A stretch of 64,000 nucleotides of DNA, from the NCBI GenBank assembly GCA_937864205.1, contig CALMJB010000032.1, forward strand, positions 129 to 64,128, written 5' to 3'. The notes beneath the pieces are model-generated. The model did not search any database, was not told the origin of the DNA, and saw nothing but the letters and a program-made list of their open reading frames with translations. Shown piece by piece: positions 23,027 to 32,615 of this stretch (positions within the stretch are counted from its first letter, which is position 1; every line of letters starts with the position of its first letter). The stretch comes from an uncultured Actinomycetes bacterium. GTDB taxonomy: Bacteria; Actinomycetota; Actinomycetes; Nanopelagicales; Nanopelagicaceae. Made by a program: the position numbers and the translations under genes.

Positions 23027-24055
23027 ATGGTCATGCAAAGAGTAAAACTTGATGAGTGCGGCTCGTGGCAAATCCCACAGTTGCAAGAGCACCTTGCGCA
23101 AGCAGATGAGATTGTCGTGAGCAGCTCAGGATCAGGCGGTTTCATCAAACAAGTTCTGATTGAAAAAGCCGCTTTCACTTCTGCAACTGATTTGGCGAAT
23201 CAATTTCTAGATGCAAAAACTGGTCAAACTTGGTCACTCTTGTTACCAACGACTCATATTGCCGGAGCAAATGTCTTGCTAAGAGCAAACGCATTAAATA
23301 CAAAAGTTATTGATAACCGTAATACTGATAAATATAAAGATGCAGATTTTGTTTCAGTAGTACCAACTCAGATTCATCAGGCAATTTCTAATAATAAAAA
23401 TTTGTTACAGCACTTGAAGAATGCACAACGAGTTCTGGTTGGTGCGGCAGCACTCTCATTAGATCTGGCAAGTAAAGCTAAAAATCAGGGGATAAATCTG
23501 GTTACAACATATGGAATGAGTGAAACTTGCGGTGGCATTGTTTATGACGGTTCACCATTACCAAATGTGAAAATTGAAATTAGATCAGACATTATTTACT
23601 TAAATACTCCGACTTTAGCCAGTGGCTACATTAATCAACCGGAGCTGTGGCGCTCGGCATGCATAGATGGGTGGTTTAAGACAAATGACTTGGGTAATTT
23701 AAAAAATAATCGACTAACAGTGATTGGTCGCAACGATGATCTAATCATTTCAGGCGGCGAAAAAATATCAACTATCGAAATCGATAATTTCTTAACTGAA
23801 AAATATACCCATTGCGAATTCAAATCTTTTGGAATAACGGATTCTAAATGGGGACAAGTTTTATGTTTAGCAATGGATAAAAAACTACAAGTGTCAGATT
23901 TACTTGATTTTTTATCTAGTACTTTTCCTAAACACTACTTACCGAAAAGATTTTTCTATATTAGCGAGATTCCGAAAACTGCATTAGGTAAATTTGATCG
24001 TAACTTGATTGAGAATTTGATTTCTAAAAAAGAGTTATTGGAGATATTTAAATGA
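23027..24055 (+). CDS. menE: o-succinylbenzoate-CoA ligase (short actinobacterial type)
   Basis: Adenylate-forming motifs SSSGSGGFIKQV, TTYGMSET, IISGGEKI; ATGA overlap with menA. Confidence 0.75.
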   Translation: MVMQRVKLDECGSWQIPQLQEHLAQADEIVVSSSGSGGFIKQVLIEKAAFTSATDLANQFLDAKTGQTWSLLLPTTHIAGANVLLRANALNTKVIDNRNTDKYKDADFVSVVPTQIHQAISNNKNLLQHLKNAQRVLVGAAALSLDLASKAKNQGINLVTTYGMSETCGGIVYDGSPLPNVKIEIRSDIIYLNTPTLASGYINQPELWRSACIDGWFKTNDLGNLKNNRLTVIGRNDDLIISGGEKISTIEIDNFLTEKYTHCEFKSFGITDSKWGQVLCLAMDKKLQVSDLLDFLSSTFPKHYLPKRFFYISEIPKTALGKFDRNLIENLISKKELLEIFK

Positions 24056-24921
24056 GATTCAAAAGCTTGAATCCTTGGTTTCTCGGTGCTCGGCCTAAGA
24101 CATTACCGGCTGCAATTGTGCCGGTATTAGTGGGTACATCTTCTGCACATAAAGATTTACCGGGCGATTCAATTAATTGGTGGTTAGCACTGTGCGCACT
24201 TATGGTGGCAATGTTTCTGCAAATCGGAGTTAACTTTGCAAATGATTATTCCGACGGCATAAGAGGAACAGATAAAAATCGAATTGGTCCTACCAGATTA
24301 GTTGAATCAGGTTTAGCAAAACCAAAGGCAGTTAGATTTGCGGCATTTCTTTGTTTTTTTGTGGCAGCAGTTTTTGGTTTAGTGATTGCATTCAATACTA
24401 CGTTTTGGTTTTTATTGGTAGGTGCATTTTCAATTTTGGCTGCTTGGGGTTACACCGGTGGAAAGAATCCTTACGGCTATCGTGGATTAGGAGAAGTTTC
24501 AGTATTTCTATTTTTTGGATTAGTTGCTACTTATGGCAGTTACTCAATTCAGACTATGAAATTCTCATTATTTGCGCTGCTAGTTTCGATTCCAATAGGA
24601 CTACTGGCTTGTGCATTGCTGGCAATAAATAATTTGCGGGATCTAAACAACGATGCCAAGTCGGATAAGAAGACTTTGGCAGTTCGATTAGGTGAAAAAA
24701 GGGCGAAAGACTTTTACGTTTATCTGTTAATAACGGCACATATTTTTGCCGGCTTAGTCGCGCCAATCACCTTGATTTTAGGAATCCGCACCTTACAAAT
24801 GGTGAAGGATCTGCGTTCGAAATCATATAAAGACCGGCTAATAACGCTGCTTGCTGATACCGCCAGATTGCAACTGCTATTTGGCGTAATCATGTCGGTC
24901 ACGATTTTCTTCTCAAAGTAA
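24052..24921 (+). CDS. menA: 1,4-dihydroxy-2-naphthoate polyprenyltransferase
   Basis: UbiA-family motifs NDYSDGIRGTD and NNLRDLNNDAKSDKKTLAV; polytopic. Confidence 0.88.
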   Translation: MRFKSLNPWFLGARPKTLPAAIVPVLVGTSSAHKDLPGDSINWWLALCALMVAMFLQIGVNFANDYSDGIRGTDKNRIGPTRLVESGLAKPKAVRFAAFLCFFVAAVFGLVIAFNTTFWFLLVGAFSILAAWGYTGGKNPYGYRGLGEVSVFLFFGLVATYGSYSIQTMKFSLFALLVSIPIGLLACALLAINNLRDLNNDAKSDKKTLAVRLGEKRAKDFYVYLLITAHIFAGLVAPITLILGIRTLQMVKDLRSKSYKDRLITLLADTARLQLLFGVIMSVTIFFSK

Positions 24922-24961
24922 TTCATATTTGAAAATTACAAACATTTAAGTTGCGATAAAG

Positions 24962-25225
24962 TTGGGGATTATGTTGAGAATTTTGGTAATTGGTTCATTA
25001 GTTCTTGCAATATACGCTTTTGTCGATTGCGCAATGACTCCACAAGATAATGTGCGACGTTTTCCAAAATGGGCATGGCTGTTAATCATCATGTTTTTCA
25101 ACTTTTTATTAGGTCCAATAGCTTGGTTTATTTTTGGAAGGCCACGAAAATTTCCTGGTACTGGTGGAACAAAACGTCGAATCATTCCACCCGATGACAA
25201 CCCAGATTTCTTAAGAAAAATTTAA
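24962..25225 (+). CDS. small two-TM membrane protein, PLD-nuclease-N-terminal (PLDc_N)-like
   Basis: 87 aa; two hydrophobic helices; PKWAWLLII...GPIAWFIFGRPR pattern; GGGG SD-like run upstream. Confidence 0.55.
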   Translation: MGIMLRILVIGSLVLAIYAFVDCAMTPQDNVRRFPKWAWLLIIMFFNFLLGPIAWFIFGRPRKFPGTGGTKRRIIPPDDNPDFLRKI

Positions 25226-25229
25226 TTTT

Positions 25230-26087
25230 CTATAAACCAGAGTAAGTGTGTTTGCCCGATCCCCAAACATTTACATACACATAGTTAAATAAGAAAGTCG
25301 ACCCAGCTAAAAGACATAGCCAAGCCGCTTTTCTTCCTTTCCAACCAACAGTAAGACGGGCGTGCAAATATGCGGCGTACGCAACCCATGTTATGAAAGC
25401 CCAAGTTTCTTTAGGATCCCATCCCCAATAGCGTCCCCAGGCAGCTTCCGCCCAAATTGCGCCAGCAATAACTGCAAATGTCCAAAGTGGAAAAACAAAT
25501 GCCACCAATCTGTAACAGAGCAGATCTAATGTTTCAAGCGCAGGAATTCGTTTAGCCCAATCTGGTCTGCCACTTGTGCGTTCGTATTTGTCTAATATTA
25601 AATAAGTCGCAGCAATTGTGTTTGCTAATAAGAAAACTCCACCAGAAATAATTGCTGCCGATACATGTATCACCAACCAGGTTGATCTGAGTGCTGGTAC
25701 CAACGGCGCGCTTGGTCTATAAAGCAAAGTGATTGCAGTTCCCAAAGTCAGCAAAATCGCAATTGATACCGGTAAACCTAACCAATTTAATTTGTATTTA
25801 AAGTTTGCAAATAGGAAGGCACCACAAAAAGCCATAGCTCCGGTAATTGAGAACTCATACATATTTCCCCACGGCACGCGATGCGCGGAAACTCCTCGAA
25901 GTACTACCCCGGCAGTAAGTAATACGAAACCAAGCACCATCTGACCATTAGCAAAATTACTGGTGCGCGATTCTGATTTTTTTTGCCAAGCCACAGAAAA
26001 TGCATATAAGAAAAATGCCAGTGTAAAAACGATCATCGATGAGTAAATCAGATAGTTTGAGTAAGTTGCTGCCTGTCTATCACTCAT
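25230..26087 (-). CDS. ccsA: cytochrome c biogenesis protein CcsA/ResC
   Basis: Trp-rich heme-handling motif WGRYWGWDPKETWAFITW. Confidence 0.88.
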   Translation of the reverse strand: MSDRQAATYSNYLIYSSMIVFTLAFFLYAFSVAWQKKSESRTSNFANGQMVLGFVLLTAGVVLRGVSAHRVPWGNMYEFSITGAMAFCGAFLFANFKYKLNWLGLPVSIAILLTLGTAITLLYRPSAPLVPALRSTWLVIHVSAAIISGGVFLLANTIAATYLILDKYERTSGRPDWAKRIPALETLDLLCYRLVAFVFPLWTFAVIAGAIWAEAAWGRYWGWDPKETWAFITWVAYAAYLHARLTVGWKGRKAAWLCLLAGSTFLFNYVYVNVWGSGKHTYSGL

Positions 26088-27580
26088 TGCCGCCTCAGTT
26101 TTCTATTTTTACTCAAATTAGCTGAAGAAAGATTTGATTGATTAATCAATTCTGATATTTCCTCTGCCAACCCCGGTATCTCATTTTTGGATAAACCTGC
26201 GATTTCGATTCCACCTTCAATTTTCTTAACCCAGATTCTTCGTTGTCTGATGAACAATGACATTAATAATCCTATTGTTGCCAGGATTGCGCCAATTAAA
26301 GCAAGTGATTTTCCTGGATCATTCACAATTTGTAAGTTCACCCAAGGTTTCCAACCGGTGAATGTGATGGTGCCAACACCAAAGTCATAACTTTCATTTA
26401 CAGATAATGCTTTTAAACCGATTTGCTGCATCTGGCTGGTATTTATTCGATAAACCGATTGCGGTACACCAGTATTCATACCCAAATCACCTTGCCAAAC
26501 TGAAATTAGTAATCGCGGATCAAGTACCTCTGGATAAGAGGAAAAACCACCACGTACTGGATCTCGATCTGCAGTTGGCAAAAATGAGGAAACAAAGCCA
26601 ATTTGTGGATTCATATCTGGAATTTTGATGGCACCAATTGAAGTTAAATTTGCATCTTGTGGCAAAAAATTAACGGCGCCATTGAAGATTTCTTTTCCAG
26701 CCTTATCTTTTACTAAAACAATAGGCGCATAGCCATTTGCTTGTAAGTAAATTTTGGTGCTGCCAATCGTTAGAGGTTGGTTAACTTTTATTTCTACCGA
26801 GTTTGAACTGCCATTTTGATCTAAATTTGCTTTCAATAGATAATCAAGTGGCTGATTATTTGCCGGATCATATTTTGCTCGAAATTCATTAATAGTTAAT
26901 TTAAAACTAGGTAAAGAATTTTCATTTTGAAACCGGCCAAAACTTAGATTGTCATAACTGGTGGGAACATTCACAAACTTATCTCCGGTATTTAAAATGA
27001 CATCGCCCTTATTCCCATACAAAGCTCCCATTGCTATTGCCACTAGAATCACAACCAGGGAAAGGTGGAAAATTAAATTTCCAGTTTCACGTAAATATCC
27101 TTTTTCTGCACTTAGTGCGGCAGGTTCAATTCTGATTCGATACCTTTTGCGCCGCAAATTTTTTTCAAGCAAAGTTAAATTTGTGTCACTGATTTTTTGA
27201 TAATGCGACATTTTGTTCAAATATCGAGGCACCAAAGTAGGGGCGGCAAAGCTTTCTTTAAGGTGAACCAAAGCTCTAGGAAGTACGCAACCAACTAGAG
27301 AAATAAAAAGTAATAAATAAATTGCGGAAAACCACGCCGAACCATATACATCAAAAAATCCCAATCGGTCTAAAAATTTTCCAACGCCTGGATTTTCCGT
27401 CAAGAAACTTTGAACTCTGATTGGATTTTGGGTTCGCTGCGGAAAAATCGATCCAGGAATTGAAGCAATTGCTAAGAGCAAGAGAAGTATCAGAGCAATT
27501 CGCATGCTGGTGAGTTGACGCCACAACCATCGGAAAAAGGCTGATTGCTCTAACTCATTTGAGTTTCCTTTTTTCATCAA
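26084..27580 (-). CDS. resB: cytochrome c biogenesis protein ResB/Ccs1
   Basis: N-terminal TM helices, large soluble loop, C-terminal TM; ATGA-coupled between ccdA and ccsA. Confidence 0.85.
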   Translation of the reverse strand: MMKKGNSNELEQSAFFRWLWRQLTSMRIALILLLLLAIASIPGSIFPQRTQNPIRVQSFLTENPGVGKFLDRLGFFDVYGSAWFSAIYLLLFISLVGCVLPRALVHLKESFAAPTLVPRYLNKMSHYQKISDTNLTLLEKNLRRKRYRIRIEPAALSAEKGYLRETGNLIFHLSLVVILVAIAMGALYGNKGDVILNTGDKFVNVPTSYDNLSFGRFQNENSLPSFKLTINEFRAKYDPANNQPLDYLLKANLDQNGSSNSVEIKVNQPLTIGSTKIYLQANGYAPIVLVKDKAGKEIFNGAVNFLPQDANLTSIGAIKIPDMNPQIGFVSSFLPTADRDPVRGGFSSYPEVLDPRLLISVWQGDLGMNTGVPQSVYRINTSQMQQIGLKALSVNESYDFGVGTITFTGWKPWVNLQIVNDPGKSLALIGAILATIGLLMSLFIRQRRIWVKKIEGGIEIAGLSKNEIPGLAEEISELINQSNLSSANLSKNRKLRRQ

Positions 27581-28338
27581 AGTACCGGTATGAAATTAGT
27601 TGCTAAATCGCGGAACCAATTCATTAAATAATTCCAAAGATTAAAAATCTGCAAAAACCCAATTGTTATCAACAAAATTCCACCGATTTTTGAAATGCTA
27701 TTTCCCCGCACGCTAATCCAGTTTCGGATTTTCTTGGCCTTATCCATTGACCATGCCAGTAATAAGAATGGAATCCCCAAACCAAAGCAATAGGCCGCAC
27801 TCAAGATTGCCCCTCGAGTAGCGGTAGCACTTTGAAACGCCAAAACCTGTACCGCACCTAACGTCGGACCAATACATGGAGTCCAACCAAGTCCAAACGC
27901 GAAACCAAGAAATGGTGCGCCGACTAATCCACTTGGCACTTTCCAAGTTGGTTTAAAAGAACGATAAAAGCGCTCACTATTCATAAAAATTAAGCCAAAA
28001 AAAATCATTAATAAGCCCAACACAATTGAAAGTATTCGTTCGTATCCAGCGATTTTTGATCCCAGCCCACCAAAGGCGAGTCCGTAAGAAATAAATAAGA
28101 ATGTAAAACCCGATATGAAAAGCGTTGTTGCAATCAACAACTTACCGCGGTTGATTGTGTCTTTTGTAGATGTGGAATCCGCAGCTGAAGCAGATAAGCC
28201 AGATATGTATGAAAGATACCCAGGAACTAGAGGGATCACACACGGAGATATAAATGAGATTAATCCAGCAATTGCAGAGACAAATATCGCTAGTAATAGA
28301 TTCCCTTCAAAAACTTGATTAATAAAGAATTCGGTCAC
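27577..28338 (-). CDS. ccdA: cytochrome c biogenesis thiol-reductant transporter CcdA
   Basis: DsbD-family cysteines in SPCVIPLVPGY and TPCIGP. Confidence 0.85.
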   Translation of the reverse strand: MTEFFINQVFEGNLLLAIFVSAIAGLISFISPCVIPLVPGYLSYISGLSASAADSTSTKDTINRGKLLIATTLFISGFTFLFISYGLAFGGLGSKIAGYERILSIVLGLLMIFFGLIFMNSERFYRSFKPTWKVPSGLVGAPFLGFAFGLGWTPCIGPTLGAVQVLAFQSATATRGAILSAAYCFGLGIPFLLLAWSMDKAKKIRNWISVRGNSISKIGGILLITIGFLQIFNLWNYLMNWFRDLATNFIPVL

Positions 28339-28883
28339 ATCTCACCCAACACTTGATTTAAATATTTCTCAAAGCCAACCGCAGTTATTGCACCGCTAAA
28401 CCTAACTGCAACTCTATTATTTTTATCTAATATCAAAGTTGTAGGTATTGCATTTGCGGATAAAGATGATTTGAACTTTAAGAGGATTTCATCATCAATC
28501 AAACTTGGGTAGGTAATTTTAAAATTATCCACAAAACTTTTAGCAGCCGACAAATTATCCCGAGTCAGTATTCCGACAAAATTCACATTTAGATATTTGA
28601 CTGATAAATCTTGCAATAGCGGAGCTTCTGCCCGGCACGGAGAACACCATGATGCCCAAACATTTACAACGGTTACAGTATTTGGCTTTGTGATTAAAGC
28701 AGTGCCATCTAATGTCTTTCCAACTATTTCTGGCGCAGAAACTCTTTTGTTTTTTTCAACCAACGTAACGCCACGTGTTCCAGCTACATAACCGGTATCG
28801 CCGTTTGAAATCCCAGAGGCACATCCACTAACCACTAATGTAATTAGCAAACAAACAAATAAGAGATGCTTTCTTTGACTCAT
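28335..28883 (-). CDS. TlpA/ResA-like thioredoxin lipoprotein
   Basis: Lipobox VVSGC; thioredoxin motif WASWCSPCRAE. Confidence 0.8.
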   Translation of the reverse strand: MSQRKHLLFVCLLITLVVSGCASGISNGDTGYVAGTRGVTLVEKNKRVSAPEIVGKTLDGTALITKPNTVTVVNVWASWCSPCRAEAPLLQDLSVKYLNVNFVGILTRDNLSAAKSFVDNFKITYPSLIDDEILLKFKSSLSANAIPTTLILDKNNRVAVRFSGAITAVGFEKYLNQVLGEM

Positions 28884-28899
28884 GAATTTCGCATTAATT

Positions 28900-29520
28900 T
28901 CACTTATGGGGCAATAGATCTTTGGCAGGTTCTAGATAATTAATTTTTGAAATCGAACCAGCATCATCTAATTCGATGGCGGTCACCGATGCCAGGGTGC
29001 ACTGACGACGACGTGGATCATGAATAAAACTCTTTCCTTCAATGAATCTACGCAATATCCATATCGGTAACTGATGTGAAACACAGATAGCGGATTTACC
29101 AAAAGAATTATCGCGAGCCAGCCAAAGTGCACGCAGCATTCGATTAACCAGATCTACATAAGGCTCACCCCAGGATGGCTTGGCCGGATTTATTAAATAT
29201 TTCCATGTAGATGGATGCATAAGCACACCACTGCCGACTTCAAATTTCTTACCTTCAAAAATGTTATCCGCTTCAATCAAATCAATATTGGTCTGAATAT
29301 TTAAGTTATGTGCTTTTGCAATTGGTGCAGCGGTTTGCTGAGCCCGTTCCAAAGGAGAGGAAAATATTGCACCAACATTAAGTTTCTTTGACCATTCAGC
29401 AATCTTTTCTGCCATTAGTTTTCCGCGTTCAGAAAGATTCCATCCAGATTGTCGGCCATAGAGAATTTTTTCTGGATTGTGTACCTCGCCATGCCTTACG
29501 AAATACACGATTTGACTCAT
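28900..29520 (-). CDS. histidine phosphatase (phosphoglycerate mutase) family protein
   Basis: VYFVRHGE catalytic motif at N-terminus; start trimmed to ATG 29520 (MSQIVYF), which sits 6 nt after TATGAT. Confidence 0.8.
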   Translation of the reverse strand: MSQIVYFVRHGEVHNPEKILYGRQSGWNLSERGKLMAEKIAEWSKKLNVGAIFSSPLERAQQTAAPIAKAHNLNIQTNIDLIEADNIFEGKKFEVGSGVLMHPSTWKYLINPAKPSWGEPYVDLVNRMLRALWLARDNSFGKSAICVSHQLPIWILRRFIEGKSFIHDPRRRQCTLASVTAIELDDAGSISKINYLEPAKDLLPHK

Positions 29521-29526
29521 AAGATA

Positions 29527-29532
29527 ATCATA
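29527..29532 (-). promoter_or_regulatory. candidate -10 box (TATGAT) of a leaderless histidine phosphatase transcript
   Basis: Minus-strand TATGAT, then 6 nt (TATCTT), then ATG 29520. Confidence 0.4.
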
Positions 29533-29601
29533 AAGCCCGCACGAAATCATGTGATTTCAAAATTGATTCCGATTCCAAGTCGCATCCCATCGAACTCTCA
29601 G

Positions 29602-29607
29602 TAGGGT
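29602..29607 (+). promoter_or_regulatory. candidate -10 box (TAGGGT) of a leaderless HAD hydrolase transcript
   Basis: TAGGGT, then 6 nt (TAACTC), then ATG 29614; no SD. Confidence 0.4.
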
Positions 29608-29613
29608 TAACTC

Positions 29614-30387
29614 ATGTTAACGCGCTCACAACCGGCAGCCTTTTTTGATGTCGATAACACATTATTAAAAGGTTCAACTTTGTTTTTCTTAGGACGCGGA
29701 ATGTATCAACGTGGTTTTTTTTCTCGGAAAGATATTTCCGCATTCGTTTTAGCAAATTTAAGATTCCGTTTAACTGGAAAAGAAAATCGGAATGAGATTG
29801 AAAGATTCAAAGATGCCGCTTGTTCTTTTATTAAAGGACATCAAGTTACTGAGATCGAAGAAATTGGCAATCAAATTTATGAAGAGCATGTTTCCCCGGC
29901 AATTTGGCAAGGCACGGTTTCGATAGCCCATGATCATTTAAAAAAAGGCGAATCGGTTTGGTTAGTAACTGCCACACCACAAGATATGGCGCAATTGATT
30001 GCTAGAAAGCTTGGCTTAACCGGTGCGCTCGGAACTAAAGCAGAGAAAATAGATGGGGTTTATACCGGAAAAGTAATTGGCGAAATTCTGCATGGATCAG
30101 CAAAAGCAACTGCGATAAAAGAGCTTTCCAAACAAGAAAATTACGATTTAAATGATTGTTACGCCTACTCAGATAGTCATCATGACATTCCATTACTTGA
30201 AACTGTTGGAAAACCAAGAGCAATAAATCCCGATACCCTGCTCAAAGTAAAAGCGTTTAGAGAAAATTGGCCGGTTTATGATTTCCGAAAAGCTCGAAGA
30301 GCCCGAAAGATTTTCGGTCCGCTAATCGGACGCATAGTTTCACTCGGCGTATTGATATCGCCTAGACGTTGGTTTCGCAGGAAATAA
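29614..30387 (+). CDS. HAD-IB family hydrolase (SerB-like phosphatase)
   Basis: FFDVDNTLL (DxDxT) motif; later SDSHHDIPLL. Confidence 0.8.
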   Translation: MLTRSQPAAFFDVDNTLLKGSTLFFLGRGMYQRGFFSRKDISAFVLANLRFRLTGKENRNEIERFKDAACSFIKGHQVTEIEEIGNQIYEEHVSPAIWQGTVSIAHDHLKKGESVWLVTATPQDMAQLIARKLGLTGALGTKAEKIDGVYTGKVIGEILHGSAKATAIKELSKQENYDLNDCYAYSDSHHDIPLLETVGKPRAINPDTLLKVKAFRENWPVYDFRKARRARKIFGPLIGRIVSLGVLISPRRWFRRK

Positions 30388-30432
30388 TTACCGCTTAACT
30401 AGCTACAACTTCTAAGGTAATGTAGGCAGGTT

Positions 30433-32601
30433 ATGTCTGCGCCGACCTTTGCTGAAGAGCTCAGAGCTCGATCCGATGAAGATCTTGAAAAACTAATCTC
30501 AAATCGCCCAGATCTGATTTATCCGGTCCCAAATGATTTTGCCAGCTTAGCTGCCCGAGCAAGTTCAATGCCTTCATTACTTCGCGCAGTTGACGACTTA
30601 AATAAATGGCAACTTCAAATCCTGGAAGCTGCTGCAATCCTAAGAGAACCATTCAAACCAAGTGAATTAGTTGCAGTTACTGACACTTCCGCAAAATCAG
30701 AGCTGGAAAATCTTTGGCAAATTGGCTTGTTTTATAAGGAGGGAAATTCTTATCGAATTCCGACAAATCTGCGGCAGTTATTAGGGCCAGAGCCAGCTAA
30801 TTTAGGTCCAACCATCCAAACTTCTTTTAATCTAAATAATCTAGATAAAGCACCAAATGGAACCAAGGAGATTCTTGAAAAACTAACTTGGGCCTCACCA
30901 CGTGGCTCAATTTCAGATGGTGCAAAAATTTCCAAACCACTTTCTTGGCTCGTTGAAAATGGGTTTTTAGTTAAATCAAATGAAAAAACCGTAACTTTGC
31001 CAAGAGAAGTTGGGTTGGCATTGCGCGGCGGGAAAGTGCATAAGTTTCTTGAAAAAACTCCGCCTCAAATTAATGCGAATACAGAATCAACTAGTCAAAA
31101 AATAATCGACCAATCCGCAATTGCCAATATTTCAACGGTACTGCGATGGGTAGAGGAATTACTTCATCACTTATCTGATGAACCAGCAAATGCATTAAGA
31201 ACCGGTGGTATTGGCATAAGAGATCTCAAGCGAATTAGCGAACATATTGGTATAGATGAAGAAATTTGCGCGTTTGTCTGCGAAATAAGTTATTTAGCTG
31301 GATTACTTGTTGTCGATGTAGATGAAAAAATCTTGCCAACTAGTGCTTTTGATCTTTGGCTCACTAAATCTGAAGAAGAGAAATGGTATGCGCTGGTAAG
31401 TGTGTGGCAAGAGAGTTCGCGTAACTTAAATTGGAATCAAAATGGCGATGACAAGCGCTTATCCCCGCTAGGAACTGATTTAGAACATCCCAGTGTCTTA
31501 CCGATTAAACATGCAATATTTGAGTTGTTTTTACTTGACGACAAAACAAATTTAAAGTCCATCGAGATTGAAAAATCTGTCGAGTGGTTGATTCCAAAAC
31601 GAGCAAATAAATTGATCTTAAGTTCAATAATTGAAGAACTGGAATGGTTTGGAATAACTGGCCAAAATTTACTTTCAACTTTTGGTAAAAATTTTCTTAA
31701 CAATGAAGATGATTTGAAAATCACGCAAGCGTTACCTAAGCCGGTTGATCATTTTGTAATTCAAGGTGATAACACCGCGGTGGCTCCCGGTCCGTTATTG
31801 CCAGAAATAAGCGCTGAAATCGGTCAAATCGCTGACATTGCAAGTAAAGGTGGCGCAACTGTTTTCAAGTTCACTGAGTCCTCAATTCGCCGCGGATTAG
31901 ATCATGGAAAAACTGGCACACAGATAATCGATTTTCTTCGTAAATATTCGAAATCAAATCTGCCACAACCACTTGAGTATCTGATTAATGATGTTGCTAA
32001 ACGTCATGGTCGACTTCGGGTCGGGTCGACACACTCTTACATTAGATGTGAAGATGAAAGCATGATTTCCCAAATACTTCATGACAATCGCTGTGAGCAT
32101 TTGCGGCTCCGTAAAATCGCACCACAAGTTTTAATCAGCGATGCTGAAAATATAGATTTGCTAACTGAATTACGAGAGTATGGATATTTGCCAGCAAATG
32201 AAAACTCAAGTGGTGTAATTCTCAATGAACCCAAACTGTTGCGAGCCAAATCTAGACCAAAACCTCCGCGGGCAATCTCAGATTACTCAACACCGAACCA
32301 AACTGTAATTTCTACCGCAATAAAATCTATTCGCACCGGCGAACGCAGTCGCAAAAATATCTCCCCGGTTCCAAGCACTAGTGCAAATGAGACCCTGTCG
32401 ATTTTGCAACAACACATTCAAAATAACTCAACTTTAATTATCAGTTATGCCGATACAAACGGCGGTTTACTCACCAAAATGATTGATCCTAAAAATATTG
32501 CGCTCGGAACTTTATTGGCAGTTGATCACGCAACCGAACAACCGGTGCAATTCAAGATTTCTAGAATCGTAGGCGTATCTCCCGCCGAAGTTGTCAGTTA
32601 A
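30433..32601 (+). CDS. XPB-associated protein carrying a paralogue of the XPB N-terminal domain and a WYL-like C-terminus
   Basis: Residues about 439-592 align by eye with XPB residues about 5-165 (for example QIIDFLRKYS...RHGRLRV versus QVIDTLLKYS...RYGRLRL); same strand, upstream of xpb. Confidence 0.6.
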   Translation: MSAPTFAEELRARSDEDLEKLISNRPDLIYPVPNDFASLAARASSMPSLLRAVDDLNKWQLQILEAAAILREPFKPSELVAVTDTSAKSELENLWQIGLFYKEGNSYRIPTNLRQLLGPEPANLGPTIQTSFNLNNLDKAPNGTKEILEKLTWASPRGSISDGAKISKPLSWLVENGFLVKSNEKTVTLPREVGLALRGGKVHKFLEKTPPQINANTESTSQKIIDQSAIANISTVLRWVEELLHHLSDEPANALRTGGIGIRDLKRISEHIGIDEEICAFVCEISYLAGLLVVDVDEKILPTSAFDLWLTKSEEEKWYALVSVWQESSRNLNWNQNGDDKRLSPLGTDLEHPSVLPIKHAIFELFLLDDKTNLKSIEIEKSVEWLIPKRANKLILSSIIEELEWFGITGQNLLSTFGKNFLNNEDDLKITQALPKPVDHFVIQGDNTAVAPGPLLPEISAEIGQIADIASKGGATVFKFTESSIRRGLDHGKTGTQIIDFLRKYSKSNLPQPLEYLINDVAKRHGRLRVGSTHSYIRCEDESMISQILHDNRCEHLRLRKIAPQVLISDAENIDLLTELREYGYLPANENSSGVILNEPKLLRAKSRPKPPRAISDYSTPNQTVISTAIKSIRTGERSRKNISPVPSTSANETLSILQQHIQNNSTLIISYADTNGGLLTKMIDPKNIALGTLLAVDHATEQPVQFKISRIVGVSPAEVVS

Positions 32602-32615
32602 GGCAGAATAAGACC

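Noticed and set aside
24946-25200. Minus-strand 84-aa ORF fully overlapping the plus-strand 87-aa ORF between menA and ccsA
   Set aside because: The plus-strand product has two clean TM helices and the PLDc_N-like WFIFGRPR pattern, and follows menA with an SD-like GGGG. The minus-strand product is basic and featureless. Only the plus-strand gene is called.
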